Source: Actinomycetes bacterium
Lineage (GTDB): Bacteria; Actinomycetota; Actinomycetes; Propionibacteriales; Propionibacteriaceae
Assembly: GCA_023419175.1 (NCBI GenBank)
Contig: JAEZYG010000057.1
Span: 1,122 to 65,121 of the forward strand
Reading direction: 5' to 3'
DNA: 64,000 bases
The notes below the pieces were generated by a model that saw only the letters and a program-made list of their open reading frames with translations, made no database searches and was not told where the DNA came from. Position 1 is the stretch's first letter, and each line of letters begins with the position of its first letter. Made by a program: the position numbers and the translations under genes. This document shows positions 63,512-64,000 of this stretch, piece by piece.

Positions 63512-63817
63512 ATGAGCGCTGAGGACCTAGAAGCTTACGAGTCAAAACTCGAGCTGGATCTATACCGTGAGTATAAAGATGTCGTTGACATCTTTACCTA
63601 TGCTGTTGAAACGGAAAGACGTTTCTACCTATGTAATGCTGTCGATTTGAAAGTGCGCACAGAAGGTGGGGATGTCTATTATGAAGTCTCCATGGCGGAC
63701 GCTTGGGTATGGGATATGTACCGTCCAGCACGATTCGTTAAATCGGCTAAGGTGCTCACCTTCCGAGATGTCTCTATTGAGGAACTTCAACATCGGGAGT
63801 TGGAAGTTCCTGAATAG
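63512..63817 (+). CDS. DUF2469 family protein
   Basis: MSAEDLE, ETERRFYL, DAWVWDMYRPARFV. Confidence 0.93.
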   Translation: MSAEDLEAYESKLELDLYREYKDVVDIFTYAVETERRFYLCNAVDLKVRTEGGDVYYEVSMADAWVWDMYRPARFVKSAKVLTFRDVSIEELQHRELEVPE

Positions 63818-63853
63818 GTCGAGATAAAAGGCTGAACGCACTGTCAGAAAAAT

Positions 63854-63863
63854 CTGTGGATAA
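63854..63863. promoter_or_regulatory. Perfect DnaA-box-like motif upstream of yraN
   Basis: CTGTGGATAA (reverse complement TTATCCACAG). Confidence 0.5.
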
Positions 63864-63913
63864 GCGTCGTTTTTTACTCTTCACTCCCATAACGAGATCG
63901 GGAGGTAAGAGCA

Positions 63914-64000
63914 ATGAACGATATCCGCTTTCCATATGTGAAGATCGAGACTCCTTATCACTCGGCTATCCCTTTAGCCCGATGGGGTGAGCAGTGTGCA
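63914..64000 (+). CDS. YraN-family protein (5' part only)
   Basis: GGAGG RBS; MNDIRF...LARWGEQCA matches the YraN 'LGxxGExxA' start; conserved position after DUF2469. Confidence 0.65.
   Translation, partial: MNDIRFPYVKIETPYHSAIPLARWGEQCA

Noticed and set aside
1..64000. CRISPR arrays, tRNA/rRNA, IS elements, dif site
   Set aside because: No regularly spaced repeats, cloverleafs, transposase motifs or convincing dif-like palindrome were seen by eye

Overview
64 kb of chromosomal DNA from an actinobacterium with moderate GC. It is most consistent with Propionibacteriaceae, based on sdhCAB lying between trmD and rplS, the Actino-pnp leader and many leaderless-type starts. Left half (mostly - strand): a sialic-acid uptake and catabolism cluster (Dpp-type ABC transporter, nanA, nanK, nanE, partial nagA), a GNAT gene and ispG, an accessory + strand operon of two degenerate M16-peptidase-like membrane proteins plus a LOG-family gene, then rlmN-cdsA-frr-pyrH-tsf-rpsB, a double-M23 peptidase, xerC, def, malic enzyme and fabG-fabI. 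At about 30.3-31.85 kb there is a compositionally odd cassette (lipoprotein plus secreted Thr-rich protein) whose strand skew is mirror-imaged. Gene polarity and apparent GC skew flip around it, suggesting an inversion breakpoint. Right half (mostly + strand): ribF-rpsO-pnp-dapB, rnj, rpmB, recG, rsmD-coaD-yceD-rpmF-rnc, smc, ftsY-ffh, rpsP-khpA-rimM-trmD, sdhCAB, rplS-lepB-rnhB-DUF2469 and the start of yraN. I saw no rRNA, tRNA, CRISPR array, transposase or prophage. The best candidates for undescribed biology are the M16 pseudo-peptidase pair, the mirror-skew cassette at the polarity switch, and a shared DnaA-box-like TCCACAG motif upstream of that cassette, the M23 gene and yraN. All calls are by eye; no searches were run.
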